Positions 29,934 to 40,015 of a stretch of DNA of 64,000 nucleotides are shown piece after piece. Each line of letters starts with the position of its first letter. Position 1 is the first letter of the stretch. This DNA is from an uncultured virus (IMG/VR IMGVR_UViG_3300047323_000676) (lineage: Duplodnaviria > Heunggongvirae > Uroviricota > Caudoviricetes), in IMG/VR virus record IMGVR_UViG_3300047323_000676, one strand, 5' to 3'. The translations under genes were made by a program, and so were the position numbers. Under the pieces are notes generated by a model. That model searched no databases and was not told the origin of the DNA. It was given only the letters and a program-made list of their open reading frames with translations.

Positions 29934-30314
29934 TTAAATTTTTATTTTTTTAATTTGTGTATCATTAACCTTTAATTCTTTATTCATATCTTCATTCATT
30001 CTTCTAATCTCAAACATAGCTTCTAGAGCTTTATTTTCATATTTTTCCAATTTTTTATTGTAGACTTCCTCGTCTATTTTGTATTCAAAAACAATATAGT
30101 GAAAGAATTTTTCCACAACTTTAATTCCAGAAGCTCCCGCATAAAAAGATAAGGCTGAATCTAATATATGAAATTCTTTTTGCTCTTTGTTCAATAAAGA
30201 ATAATTTGTATTAAGCATTATTCGTTCAATGGTTTGACTATCATTAGTTCTTATAGCATTTCCAACCTCTTGTTTAAAATAAGTTACAACATTTTTCAAA
30301 TTATAATCATTCAT
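29934..30314 (-). CDS. Small helical paralog, family A
   Basis: YIVFEYKIDE; tail. Confidence 0.75.
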   Translation of the reverse strand: MNDYNLKNVVTYFKQEVGNAIRTNDSQTIERIMLNTNYSLLNKEQKEFHILDSALSFYAGASGIKVVEKFFHYIVFEYKIDEEVYNKKLEKYENKALEAMFEIRRMNEDMNKELKVNDTQIKKIKI

Positions 30315-30317
30315 ATA

Positions 30318-30695
30318 TTAAACCTTTAATTTTTTACCTATTTTATCGTTAGTATTTAGGTCTAAATTTAAATTTTCATTTAAGTTTCTAGATTCAAACA
30401 TATCTTCTACTACTTTGCTTTTATAAGCGTATTCCATTTTATTATAAATATCTTGGCTTACTTTATGTTCAAATATAAAATATTTAAAGAATTCTATACT
30501 TGTTAAATTGAAATAAAGATATGATAAAGCTAGTTCAAAAATTTTCTCTTCTTTTTGAATGATACTTAAATTCGGATAGCTTTCAGGAAGAAGGATAGTT
30601 TTAATCCTGTCATAATCATTGTTTTTAAGTGCCAAACCAATTTCAATATTCAAATAGCTTTCATCAATAAGATATTTTTCATCTTTTTTTGTCAT
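30318..30695 (-). CDS. Small helical paralog, family A
   Basis: YFIFEHKVSQ; tail LNTNDKIGKKLKV. Confidence 0.75.
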   Translation of the reverse strand: MTKKDEKYLIDESYLNIEIGLALKNNDYDRIKTILLPESYPNLSIIQKEEKIFELALSYLYFNLTSIEFFKYFIFEHKVSQDIYNKMEYAYKSKVVEDMFESRNLNENLNLDLNTNDKIGKKLKV

Positions 30696-30698
30696 ATA

Positions 30699-31100
30699 TT
30701 AAACCTTTAATTTTTTACCTATTTTATCGTTAGTATTTAACTCTACATTTAATTCCCTTATTTCAAACATTGCTTTAATTTTAGGATGTAACCTATTAGT
30801 AGTTTTATCAATAGAGTTGGCTGCACTTATATTGTAATCAAAGATGAGATATTCCAAAAAATTTTCTGCCATATTAAATGTAGAAAAAATATAATATAAT
30901 TTATTAAAAATTTTTAATTCCTTATCTTCTTTTGTTAAATTTGGAAGATAGTTAGGATTCATAATTTCGGTAATTATTTCAATATTATTAACCTTAACTG
31001 CATTTTCCAATTTTTGAAAAAGAACTATAACATCAAGTTGATGCATTACTCTATTGTATATTTCATCAGGATTTTGATTGTAGTTTATGCCTTCAATCAT
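30699..31100 (-). CDS. Small helical paralog, family A
   Basis: YLIFDYNISA; tail LNTNDKIGKKLKV. Confidence 0.75.
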   Translation of the reverse strand: MIEGINYNQNPDEIYNRVMHQLDVIVLFQKLENAVKVNNIEIITEIMNPNYLPNLTKEDKELKIFNKLYYIFSTFNMAENFLEYLIFDYNISAANSIDKTTNRLHPKIKAMFEIRELNVELNTNDKIGKKLKV

Positions 31101-31465
31101 ATTTTTCCTCTCTTTTTTATTAATTCATTATTAATTTTCAATTCTTCATTTAATTCTCTAGCTGAAAAAAATGGTAGAATAAATCTATCAATATAAGGTT
31201 TTGCAATCTTTAAATAAGAGTTTTTACTGATTTTATAATCAAATATAAGATAATTTATAAGACAAGTATCATCTACATTCATTGCAAGATGAAGAATAGC
31301 AAGATTTAACATTGCTATTTCCTTTTGTTCGTTATTTAACCTAGAATAATTCTCTGATAATAATACTTCTTTAATTTGGCTTAGATTGTTATTATTGATA
31401 ACTATATCAGATACAGCTTTTTGTAGTTCATAAGTAAGACTAATGGTTTCTAATGTATTTATCAT
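31097..31465 (-). CDS. Small helical paralog, family A
   Basis: YLIFDYKISK; tail. Confidence 0.75.
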   Translation of the reverse strand: MINTLETISLTYELQKAVSDIVINNNNLSQIKEVLLSENYSRLNNEQKEIAMLNLAILHLAMNVDDTCLINYLIFDYKISKNSYLKIAKPYIDRFILPFFSARELNEELKINNELIKKRGKI

Positions 31466-31827
31466 ATTTTTTTAGATATTTTAGTTACTTCATTAATTAA
31501 TAGGTTATTTTCCAAATCTTCTTTAAGTTTTCTTTTTTTGAACATATTATCAAATATTTCATTTTTATAGTTCTGTTTATTATAAATTTCTTCACTTGCT
31601 TTATGTTCAAATATAAAGAAATGTAAGAATTCTTCATTTATAGCACCTGTATAAAATAAAGATAAGGCCATTGTGAAAATACAATCTTGCTTTTTTTCTT
31701 GACTTAAAGCTGGGCAATTTTCAGGCAGCATTAATTTTTTGATTAAATTAACATCATTTTTTTTAACTGCTTTGGTAGCTTCTATACCAAACTTAATATA
31801 ATCAGTCATTTCTTTATCATTAACCAT
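31462..31827 (-). CDS. Small helical paralog, family A
   Basis: FFIFEHKASE; tail. Confidence 0.75.
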   Translation of the reverse strand: MVNDKEMTDYIKFGIEATKAVKKNDVNLIKKLMLPENCPALSQEKKQDCIFTMALSLFYTGAINEEFLHFFIFEHKASEEIYNKQNYKNEIFDNMFKKRKLKEDLENNLLINEVTKISKKI

Positions 31828-31828
31828 A

Positions 31829-32212
31829 TTAAACCTTTGGTAAATTTTTAGGTATTTCGTATTTTATTTTTAGTTCTGCATTTAATTCTTTATTTAAATC
31901 TCTTGATTCAAACATTTGTTTTACTCGTAGGTCTAGATCTGCACCATCTTTATACATTAATTCAATTGTATTATGTTTTCCGATATTATAATCAAAAATA
32001 AGATATTTTAGACCGATAACATTTGTGTAAAGAATAAATGCATCATAACAAGTTGAAAATGCAACTGATTCTCTTCTTTCTAATGATATGCCATGAAAGT
32101 TATTAGACAATAGCATTTCCTCAAGAGCTTGCAAGTTGTCGCTAACTATTGCATGAACAACATGATGCTTTATTGTATAAAATTCTTTTAATTGATTATC
32201 TATCTCTGACAT
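31829..32212 (-). CDS. Small helical paralog, family A
   Basis: YLIFDYNIGK; tail. Confidence 0.75.
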   Translation of the reverse strand: MSEIDNQLKEFYTIKHHVVHAIVSDNLQALEEMLLSNNFHGISLERRESVAFSTCYDAFILYTNVIGLKYLIFDYNIGKHNTIELMYKDGADLDLRVKQMFESRDLNKELNAELKIKYEIPKNLPKV

Positions 32213-32302
32213 AATAATAATATTTAATATATTGCTATATTATAACAAATATTTTTATATTATCACTACAGATATTAATTTTTATTGATATTATTTTATT
32301 AA

Positions 32303-32725
32303 CTATACTTTAGTTCGCTTTTTTTCTTCTTTAGTATTATTCATAGGAAGTTCTTTTTGTAAATCTCTCAAAATAAATAATTGTTCAATATAATTTTTTT
32401 GATCTTTTAAGTAATCATAATATTTATTATAAATTGATTTCAATATTGTTATTTCTATGTTTAAATCAACGATAAAAATCTGCAAGTATTTAGTTTTCAT
32501 TTCTTCATTAGAAATTATTGCAAATATTGCTTTAGTAAGTCTATCATATATCGGAATATCAATAAAAAAATTGGGAGATAATAATTTAATGAAATATTTT
32601 TGATTATCTTTGTGAAGGGCAAATGCAATTTCTATTTCAAAACGAAGATCTTCATCTGGCATACCATAAATTGATTCAAAGCTAAAATCTTCATCACAAT
32701 CATCAATTTTTAATATATTTTCCAT
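32303..32725 (-). CDS. Divergent family A paralog
   Basis: IFIVDLNIE...LFILRDLQKELP...KRTKV. Confidence 0.7.
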   Translation of the reverse strand: MENILKIDDCDEDFSFESIYGMPDEDLRFEIEIAFALHKDNQKYFIKLLSPNFFIDIPIYDRLTKAIFAIISNEEMKTKYLQIFIVDLNIEITILKSIYNKYYDYLKDQKNYIEQLFILRDLQKELPMNNTKEEKKRTKV

Positions 32726-32872
32726 ATGTTTATCAAAATAAATTTAAGAAAATATATTATGGTTTATTTATTTTAGCAAGTCATGATTAAAGTTATATTG
32801 AAAATATTATTTTTATGATCATATAGGGAAAATACTATAAGTTTTATAAAATAATTAGATAAAATTAGTTAT

Positions 32873-33247
32873 TTAAATTTTTGATTTTTTGCTTAAATTA
32901 TTAGGAGCTAAATCTTGTTTTAATTCATATTTAAGTTTTTTATTTAACTTTCTAGAATCAAACATTTTTTTAATGGCTTCATCTTCAGGGATTTTATCAA
33001 GAGAATTTTCTTCTTTTATATTATATTCAAAGATTAGATAATTCAGCATTTGGCGTGCAGAAAGTGTGGTATTAGCTTGAAAAATTTTATATACTGATAA
33101 AAAAACTTCTTGTTCTACTTCATCTTTTGGTGTGGGTGCATAAAAGTCTTTACTAAGAATTGAAATAATACCATTTATATCACCAACCATAATAGAACCC
33201 TCTACCTTATATCTTATAAGTTGGGCATCAGAAAACTGAAAACTCAT
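32873..33247 (-). CDS. Small helical paralog, family A
   Basis: YLIFEYNIKE; tail. Confidence 0.75.
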   Translation of the reverse strand: MSFQFSDAQLIRYKVEGSIMVGDINGIISILSKDFYAPTPKDEVEQEVFLSVYKIFQANTTLSARQMLNYLIFEYNIKEENSLDKIPEDEAIKKMFDSRKLNKKLKYELKQDLAPNNLSKKSKI

Positions 33248-33729
33248 ATTTTCACCTTTTTATTTAATTTATCATTAGAAAGTAAATTGGAATTTAAGTC
33301 TTTATTGAGTTCCCTCATTTCAAATAAGTTTTTGGCATAATTATCATCATCAAAGGAATCCATACTTTCTATTATATTTTGTGTTTTTTTTACATTCATA
33401 TCAATAATAAAAAATCTAATAAGTTCTTTATTTCCTGAGAATATTGCAGAATTAATTGCATTATCATTATCGATATGTATATCAGCTAACTCTTTAAGTT
33501 TTGGTGAAGTAGCTAAAAATTTTACAATATCATTGTTACCACTTCCCGATGCCACACATATACCAAAACATTGACTACTAGGCATGTTAATTTGTGCATT
33601 AAAAGGAAGATCTTTAGAGGTTAATAAAAATTCTACTTTTTCCAAATCATTATTTCTACAAGCTATAATAAATAGCTCATTAATAGCTTTTTGCGAATAA
33701 TTAATATATCTATCTTTTAGATGTTCCAT
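33244..33729 (-). CDS. Ankyrin-like paralog, family B
   Basis: IACRNNDLEKVEFLLTS...ADIHIDND; tail. Confidence 0.75.
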   Translation of the reverse strand: MEHLKDRYINYSQKAINELFIIACRNNDLEKVEFLLTSKDLPFNAQINMPSSQCFGICVASGSGNNDIVKFLATSPKLKELADIHIDNDNAINSAIFSGNKELIRFFIIDMNVKKTQNIIESMDSFDDDNYAKNLFEMRELNKDLNSNLLSNDKLNKKVKI

Positions 33730-33731
33730 AA

Positions 33732-34115
33732 TTATATTTTCATCTTTTTATTAGCTTGTTTTTTACTATCTAAATCAGAAGATAATTCTGATTTAAGGTT
33801 TCTAACTTCAAACATATGTTTAACTATAGGATTTATTTTTTTTATTAAATCAATAGATACTTCTTCTTTAATACCATAATCAAATATCAGGTATTTCAGC
33901 ATATCATTATTGAAATTATTATCTGTTCTAAAATAAGCAAAATTAAATGCCTTAAATTCTATTTCATTTCTAGGTAAAGCAGAGAAAGTGTTAGAAGACA
34001 TTAATTTTTTTAATCCATCAGTATCATGATAATTCATAATACGAGATAGACTTGTTATTAATAAATCTCTAGCTGAATATTCTCGCAGTAAATCCATTGA
34101 ATTTTTTTCGCTCAT
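33732..34115 (-). CDS. Small helical paralog, family A
   Basis: YLIFDYGIKE; tail. Confidence 0.75.
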   Translation of the reverse strand: MSEKNSMDLLREYSARDLLITSLSRIMNYHDTDGLKKLMSSNTFSALPRNEIEFKAFNFAYFRTDNNFNNDMLKYLIFDYGIKEEVSIDLIKKINPIVKHMFEVRNLKSELSSDLDSKKQANKKMKI

Positions 34116-34157
34116 ATTTTTATTTTCTTACTGACAATATCTTTAGTATTTATGCCA

Positions 34158-34535
34158 TTATACCTTTGGTTTTTTATTTTGATGTATGTTTGTAATTAGG
34201 TTCTGCTCTAGCTCTTCTTTAATGCTTCTTGATTCAAACATGTTTTTAACATCAATATTTAGATTACGAATATTTTTAATAGAATTATTCTCGCTTATTT
34301 TGTAGTCTAAAATGAGATATTTAAGAAATGAATCATCAGTAAGATTGCGAGCATATTTAGAATATATAGTTTTAAAGACTACTTCTTCTTTTTCTTCTTG
34401 ATTTAAAAAACTATAACAAGTAATGAAAAGAATATTTTTAATAACACCAAGGTTGTTACTAAGAATTGCTTGATTTACTGTAAAATCAATATCTTCACTT
34501 TTAAGGAATTTACCATATTTTTCAATGTCAATCAT
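34158..34535 (-). CDS. Small helical paralog, family A
   Basis: YLILDYKISE; tail. Confidence 0.75.
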   Translation of the reverse strand: MIDIEKYGKFLKSEDIDFTVNQAILSNNLGVIKNILFITCYSFLNQEEKEEVVFKTIYSKYARNLTDDSFLKYLILDYKISENNSIKNIRNLNIDVKNMFESRSIKEELEQNLITNIHQNKKPKV

Positions 34536-34537
34536 AT

Positions 34538-34954
34538 TTATACCTTTATTTTTTTATCCGATTTATCATTCTTTGGTAAATCTGAAATTAACTCTTTATT
34601 TAAGTCTCTAAGCTCAAACATAGCTTCAATCATATCAACAAAATTAGAACTGTTTATAGTTTTTTTACTAGTATATTTTTTAATAGAATTTTCCTTACTT
34701 ATATTGTATTGAAAAACTATATATTCCATAAAAGATTTACCTTGGTCAGAAAGAGCATAATGAGTATATATACAGTCAAAAATGTGTTGTTCTTTCTCAT
34801 CTTGTGTAAAAGTGCTACTATTATTTGCAGTTATTGTATGTATATTTTTAGTGAGAATTTTTTGAATTGATGTTATATCATTATTGTGAATTGCATCATC
34901 TACTATATGATCTAAATAAGTCAGTAAAATATTCTTTTTTGGGTTCATTGTCAC
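34538..34954 (-). CDS. Small helical paralog, family A
   Basis: YIVFQYNISK; tail. Confidence 0.75.
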   Translation of the reverse strand: MTMNPKKNILLTYLDHIVDDAIHNNDITSIQKILTKNIHTITANNSSTFTQDEKEQHIFDCIYTHYALSDQGKSFMEYIVFQYNISKENSIKKYTSKKTINSSNFVDMIEAMFELRDLNKELISDLPKNDKSDKKIKV

Positions 34955-35008
34955 ATCCTTATGTCTTTAATAATTGCCATTCTAACTGAGTTACAGATTC
35001 ATTGCCAA

Positions 35009-35389
35009 TTATATTTTAGCTTTCTTAGATATATTCGCTTGAATATTTAATTCAGAGTTTAATTCTACATTCAATTTTCTGTTTTCAAACATATTTTTAA
35101 CTGTATCATTTAAATCGGTAATATTATGAATAGAGTTTTCTTCACTTATATTATAATCAAAAATCATATATCTTAGAAAGTGTTCGTTTGTTTCATCTAA
35201 AAGATACTCTCTATACATAGCACAAAAAATTTGTTGTTCTTTTTCCTGTTGAGTTAATAAATTATAAGAGCTATTAGAGTTTGCAAAAAGAATATCTTTA
35301 ATAGGATTTATGTCATCATCAAGCATGATATTTAAGACATAAGAAACCATACTTCCAGTTTGATAATATTTTTTTACTTCATCATTCAT
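35009..35389 (-). CDS. Small helical paralog, family A
   Basis: YMIFDYNISE; tail. Confidence 0.75.
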   Translation of the reverse strand: MNDEVKKYYQTGSMVSYVLNIMLDDDINPIKDILFANSNSSYNLLTQQEKEQQIFCAMYREYLLDETNEHFLRYMIFDYNISEENSIHNITDLNDTVKNMFENRKLNVELNSELNIQANISKKAKI

Positions 35390-35424
35390 AGTTCATATCC
35401 TTTTCTTAAATTGCAACTTATATT

Positions 35425-35808
35425 TTATGCTTTTGGTTTTTTATTGCCTTTATGATTAATGTCTAATTCAGCTTTTATTTCTTTACTTAACTTTCTTACT
35501 TCAAACATTTTTAAAACTTCTACTTTAAGTTTTTGCAAATCTAAAATATTAATGGTCAGTTCATTCATTGTTAAAATCAATTCTAATGGGGCTTTTTCAT
35601 TTATATTGTAATCAAAAATAAAATAATTTAATAAATCTCTATTATGGCCTACATAAGCTGAAGTGAAAGCTTGAGTTTCCTTATATGTTAATGAGATTGC
35701 AGCATAAGTATCACTATTAATTAAATAAATTATTTGTTTTATATCAGTAATATTTATTGCTTGGCTTATATCACTACAAAACCTGCTATATAAAAAGTCA
35801 TTGTTCAT
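35425..35808 (-). CDS. Small helical paralog, family A
   Basis: YFIFDYNINE; tail ends KKPKA. Confidence 0.75.
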   Translation of the reverse strand: MNNDFLYSRFCSDISQAINITDIKQIIYLINSDTYAAISLTYKETQAFTSAYVGHNRDLLNYFIFDYNINEKAPLELILTMNELTINILDLQKLKVEVLKMFEVRKLSKEIKAELDINHKGNKKPKA

Positions 35809-35817
35809 AATTTTATA

Positions 35818-36195
35818 TTAAATTTTAATTGCTTTTTTTATTTTATTGTACTCAGATTTTAACTCTTGAATTAACTCAAATTTAATTTCTAATTTATTTC
35901 TAGTCCTAAACATATTATCAATTGTTGAGTCAATATATTTAGATGGCACATGCTTTATTGAGTTATCTTCATGTATTTTATAATTAAAAACTAAGTGTTC
36001 TATAATTTTTTTCGCATAGCTATAAATGGATGATAAATATACTGCTTCTGAAAAAATAGTTTTTTCTTTTAGATCTTTAGGCATATATGGTAGTTTTCTA
36101 TCAAAAAGAAAATTTTCAACTATCTTTATATCTCTTGATTGACATGAGGCATATACTGCTCGCATCATTTCTTGATTTTCATTTGAATAATTCAT
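35818..36195 (-). CDS. Small helical paralog, family A
   Basis: HLVFNYKIHE; tail. Confidence 0.75.
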   Translation of the reverse strand: MNYSNENQEMMRAVYASCQSRDIKIVENFLFDRKLPYMPKDLKEKTIFSEAVYLSSIYSYAKKIIEHLVFNYKIHEDNSIKHVPSKYIDSTIDNMFRTRNKLEIKFELIQELKSEYNKIKKAIKI

Positions 36196-36367
36196 AAGGA
36201 TTAATATATTATTTAATTAATTATACTAAAATGATGAAAAAAGAAAACATTATTAATTGCTATAAAGCATTTCCATTTTTTAATCCATCATTAAATCAAT
36301 TGTTAATATTTTGAAAAAATCTCTACCATGTTATAATAAAGTAGAAGAATAAGAATAATAATTAAAT

Positions 36368-36943
36368 ATGAATAAAAATATCATAGAAAAACTTAACAGT
36401 GCTAAATTTAATCAAGATATATGTAATGAAGTATTTATTGAGCTTTGCAAAATAGGCGATTTAGATAATATTAGGTATATGCTAACTTCAAAGGATTTTA
36501 ATGTTCTTCCTGATTTTGAGAGTGTTGATAATGATGGTAATGATGGGTTGACATCTGCTGCTGCTCATGGACATTTAAATGTAGTGGAATATCTTTTATT
36601 CAATCCAGAATTGGAGAAAAATGATTTTTTTCCACCATATATATTTGATTATTTACGAATTATCTGTGATAACGGGCATTTTCATATTGCAGATTTCTTG
36701 TTAAAAAATGAAGTATTTGATCCTGAACATGTTTTTGCCGAAGTACATTATTATGATCAAACAATTAATTCATTAACCTATTATTTAATTATAAATTGTA
36801 ATATTGAACCTATTTATGAAGTTAAAGAAATATTGGATAGAAGTTCGGAACTTGCAGAAATTTTCACTAGAAGAGATTTAAATAAAGAATTGAATGCCGA
36901 ACTTGGTATAGCTAAAGAAAACAATAAAAAACCTAAATTGTAA
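36368..36943 (+). CDS. Ankyrin-like paralog, family B
   Basis: GLTSAAAHGHLNVVEYLL; tail. Confidence 0.75.
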   Translation: MNKNIIEKLNSAKFNQDICNEVFIELCKIGDLDNIRYMLTSKDFNVLPDFESVDNDGNDGLTSAAAHGHLNVVEYLLFNPELEKNDFFPPYIFDYLRIICDNGHFHIADFLLKNEVFDPEHVFAEVHYYDQTINSLTYYLIINCNIEPIYEVKEILDRSSELAEIFTRRDLNKELNAELGIAKENNKKPKL

Positions 36944-36958
36944 CTATTAAAAATAAAT

Positions 36959-37522
36959 ATGAATAAACGATTTAAAAATATTGATGTGCTTGACCAAAAA
37001 GAGATAAATAAAAATTTTATAGATTGTTGTAGAAATGGAGATTTAGCTCAAATTAAATATATGTTCACATCTAAAGATTTATTTATTAAGCCTGACATAT
37101 ATCATACGGAAGAGAATTATGATGGGATAACTCATGCTGGAGCAAATGGTCACTTAGATGTAGTGAAATATCTTATGACTAGTAAAGACTTAGAAAAAAA
37201 TGCTCGGTTTAATATTTTTTACTATGACTATTTAAGTTTGATTTGTGAAGCTTCACAGTTTCATGTAGCGGATTATTTATTAAAGCAGAATGTTTTTGTT
37301 CCTGAGATAGCATTTATAAACACTCATGAGTATGCGACCAAGCCTAATTTGCTTTCTGAATATTTAATTATTAATTGTGACATTCCTATTACGCCATCAG
37401 TGAAAAAAATAATAGATAAAAGTCCCCTTATTGCGGAAATGTTTAATCGTAGAGAATTACATAAAGAATTGAATAATACTCTTGAAGTGTCGGATATATT
37501 AAAGAAAAAACCTAAATTATAA
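36959..37522 (+). CDS. Ankyrin-like paralog, family B
   Basis: GITHAGANGHLDVVKYLM; close to 26344..26937. Confidence 0.75.
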   Translation: MNKRFKNIDVLDQKEINKNFIDCCRNGDLAQIKYMFTSKDLFIKPDIYHTEENYDGITHAGANGHLDVVKYLMTSKDLEKNARFNIFYYDYLSLICEASQFHVADYLLKQNVFVPEIAFINTHEYATKPNLLSEYLIINCDIPITPSVKKIIDKSPLIAEMFNRRELHKELNNTLEVSDILKKKPKL

Positions 37523-37534
37523 ATATGAATTACA

Positions 37535-37900
37535 TTATATTTTAATTTTTTTAGTAATCTTATCATAAATATTTAATTCTGAACTTAATGATTGCTTTAT
37601 TTCCTCATTAAGTTTTCTTTTATCAAACATTTTCTTTATTTCATCATTTATATTAATACCTAAAAACTCAAGAGAATTTTCATATTTTATATTATATTCA
37701 AAAATAAGATAATTAAGGATATCTTCTCCATTTTTAAAAAAATGGAATGAAATATGAATGTTAGAAAAAACCTGCTGTTCTTTCTCATCTTGACTAAGTT
37801 TTGGATGATTTCCGGATAGTAATATCTCTTTAATTTTATTTATATCATTTACCTTTACAGCATCTAATACTTCATTATCTAAAATATCATAGTAACTCAT
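37535..37900 (-). CDS. Small helical paralog, family A
   Basis: YLIFEYNIKY; tail. Confidence 0.75.
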   Translation of the reverse strand: MSYYDILDNEVLDAVKVNDINKIKEILLSGNHPKLSQDEKEQQVFSNIHISFHFFKNGEDILNYLIFEYNIKYENSLEFLGININDEIKKMFDKRKLNEEIKQSLSSELNIYDKITKKIKI

Positions 37901-38295
37901 ACTTTAATCTTTTTATTTAATTTTTCTTTTTCATTTTGGTTTAGCTCAATTTTTAAATCATCATTCAAAATTTTAGAATTTAAAAATTTTTTAACAAATA
38001 ATTTATGTTGTTCATCATATATTTTGTCAATAGAAATATTTTCACTTGCATCATATTCTAAGAGTAAATATTTCAAAATATTCTGTGCTCTATTATTATG
38101 AATTAATGCAACATAGGCTGATATAAACAATCCACTTTCTCTTTCATTTTTACTTACATTAGTAAAGTTATCAAGACACAGAATATATTTAGCTTTTTCT
38201 ATATCATCAGAATAAATTGCTTCATTAATAGCTTCAGTTATTGAGTCTGTATTATCTTCATATTCAGGATAATATTGATATTCTTCATCGTCCAT
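37897..38295 (-). CDS. Small helical paralog, family A
   Basis: YLLLEYDASE; tail. Confidence 0.75.
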   Translation of the reverse strand: MDDEEYQYYPEYEDNTDSITEAINEAIYSDDIEKAKYILCLDNFTNVSKNERESGLFISAYVALIHNNRAQNILKYLLLEYDASENISIDKIYDEQHKLFVKKFLNSKILNDDLKIELNQNEKEKLNKKIKV

Positions 38296-38298
38296 TTA

Positions 38299-38694
38299 TC
38301 AGACCTTTATTTTTTTAATAGGAGATTGATTTATAGGAAGCTCTTTTTCAATATTAAGTGCTAGATTACGCATTTCAAATTTTTTATTAAGCCATTCATT
38401 TTTTATGGAGAAAGAGTCTGTAAATTCATTATTTACAATTTTATAATCAAAAATAAGGAAATCAATAAATTTATGATTAGGGTTGTGAAAGGCCATAACA
38501 AACATTGTTTTTTCTCTTGCAGTTGTTGACATTTCAGGATAATCAGAACATGTTAATAAATATCTTAGTTGTTCTAAATTTTCTTTTTTCATGGCCGTCT
38601 TCATGGCTTCAAAGAACGGGGTGCTATCTTTATTCGTAGGAGTATCCAAAATTTTAATAGCAGTAGAAATTTCTTTATTTTTTGAATTATTCAT
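38299..38694 (-). CDS. Small helical paralog, family A
   Basis: FLIFDYKIV; tail. Confidence 0.75.
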   Translation of the reverse strand: MNNSKNKEISTAIKILDTPTNKDSTPFFEAMKTAMKKENLEQLRYLLTCSDYPEMSTTAREKTMFVMAFHNPNHKFIDFLIFDYKIVNNEFTDSFSIKNEWLNKKFEMRNLALNIEKELPINQSPIKKIKV

Positions 38695-38699
38695 TTTAT

Positions 38700-39014
38700 T
38701 TAACTAAATTCTTTATTAAGCTTTCTTAGTGCAAACATATGTTCAATACTAGGGTTTTTAATTTGATATTTATTATTATATTCTTCGCTTAAATCATATT
38801 CAAAAATAAGATATTCAAGAATATTTTTTCCTTTTCCTAAAAAGCAAAATGAAAGTCGTACATTTTTAAATACTTCATCTTCTTTTTCATCTTGAGTTAA
38901 TTTATTATAACTATTTGATAGTAGGATATTTTTAATTAAATTAATATCGTTTTCTTTAATTGCTTTGTTAATTTTTTGGTTTAATTCGTTAATACATTCG
39001 GTTATGGTATTCAT
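38700..39014 (-). CDS. Family A paralog with truncated tail
   Basis: YLIFEYDLSE; ends RKLNKEFS without the basic terminus. Confidence 0.7.
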   Translation of the reverse strand: MNTITECINELNQKINKAIKENDINLIKNILLSNSYNKLTQDEKEDEVFKNVRLSFCFLGKGKNILEYLIFEYDLSEEYNNKYQIKNPSIEHMFALRKLNKEFS

Positions 39015-39016
39015 AC

Positions 39017-39373
39017 TTATATTTTCACTTTTTTAGATATAGCTTTTTTTACTTCCAATTCTTGCACTAATTCTTCTTGTAGTTGTCTAATTTTAAACAT
39101 TTCTATTAATTCTTGATCACAATCAGTTTTATTAAGAGAGTTAGCTTCACTTATTTTATATTCAAAAATTATATAATCAACTAGAATTTTACCTGTTCCA
39201 AATAAATTATAATAAGAACTTATGCCATCAAAAATAAATGTTTCTTTTTGCTCTAGAGTTAAGTTCTCGTACTTGGAGTTATTCATGATTTTATTAACAA
39301 TAGTTATATCATCTATTAAGATGGCCTCTTTAATTTCTTTATATAAACTCTCAATTAATAATCTTTCGTTCAT
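39017..39373 (-). CDS. Small helical paralog, family A
   Basis: YIIFEYKISE; tail. Confidence 0.75.
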   Translation of the reverse strand: MNERLLIESLYKEIKEAILIDDITIVNKIMNNSKYENLTLEQKETFIFDGISSYYNLFGTGKILVDYIIFEYKISEANSLNKTDCDQELIEMFKIRQLQEELVQELEVKKAISKKVKI

Positions 39374-39374
39374 C

Positions 39375-40013
39375 TTATATCTTTATTTTTCTTATATTAT
39401 TATCATTATTTTTTAATTCTGAACCTAGTTCTTTATTGATTCTACGCAAATCAAACATAGGCTCCAAATGATGCTTCAATCTAGAGTCTATAATATCTAA
39501 AGAATTTTCTTCACTGATGTTATATTTATAGATAAAATGTCTTAATAATTCATCACCTTTATTAAGAAGTATGAATTGGGTAGCCAAGGTTTCAAAAATA
39601 TATTTTTCTTTTTGTGAATGACTGATTTCGCAATAATTTTCAGGAGATAATATTCTATCAATACGGCTTAATTCATTTGTAAAAATCGCCATCTCAACTT
39701 GTCTTTGAAGGGCAAGAATTAAATCATTGTTTTTATTATTAGGCTTAGTTTTTTTTATATTCATATCTTTAATTTTTATGTATCCACTAATTATTTCATT
39801 AATAGCAATATTATAATCAAAAATAAAATAATTAAGAAATTTCTCATTTTTTGAATAATAAGCCGCAAGAAAAAATATTTCTTCTTTATCATTCTTACTT
39901 ATATTAGAAAACTCATCACAATTGATAAGATATTTGAACTGCTCAAAATCATCTGTATCAACTGTAGTGCGTATTGCAATAAAATATTTTTGATTATAAA
40001 GATTTTGTATCAT
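39375..40013 (-). CDS. Family A paralog with two tandem domains
   Basis: YFIFDYNIA and HFIYKYNISE. Confidence 0.75.
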   Translation of the reverse strand: MIQNLYNQKYFIAIRTTVDTDDFEQFKYLINCDEFSNISKNDKEEIFFLAAYYSKNEKFLNYFIFDYNIAINEIISGYIKIKDMNIKKTKPNNKNNDLILALQRQVEMAIFTNELSRIDRILSPENYCEISHSQKEKYIFETLATQFILLNKGDELLRHFIYKYNISEENSLDIIDSRLKHHLEPMFDLRRINKELGSELKNNDNNIRKIKI

Positions 40014-40015
40014 AT

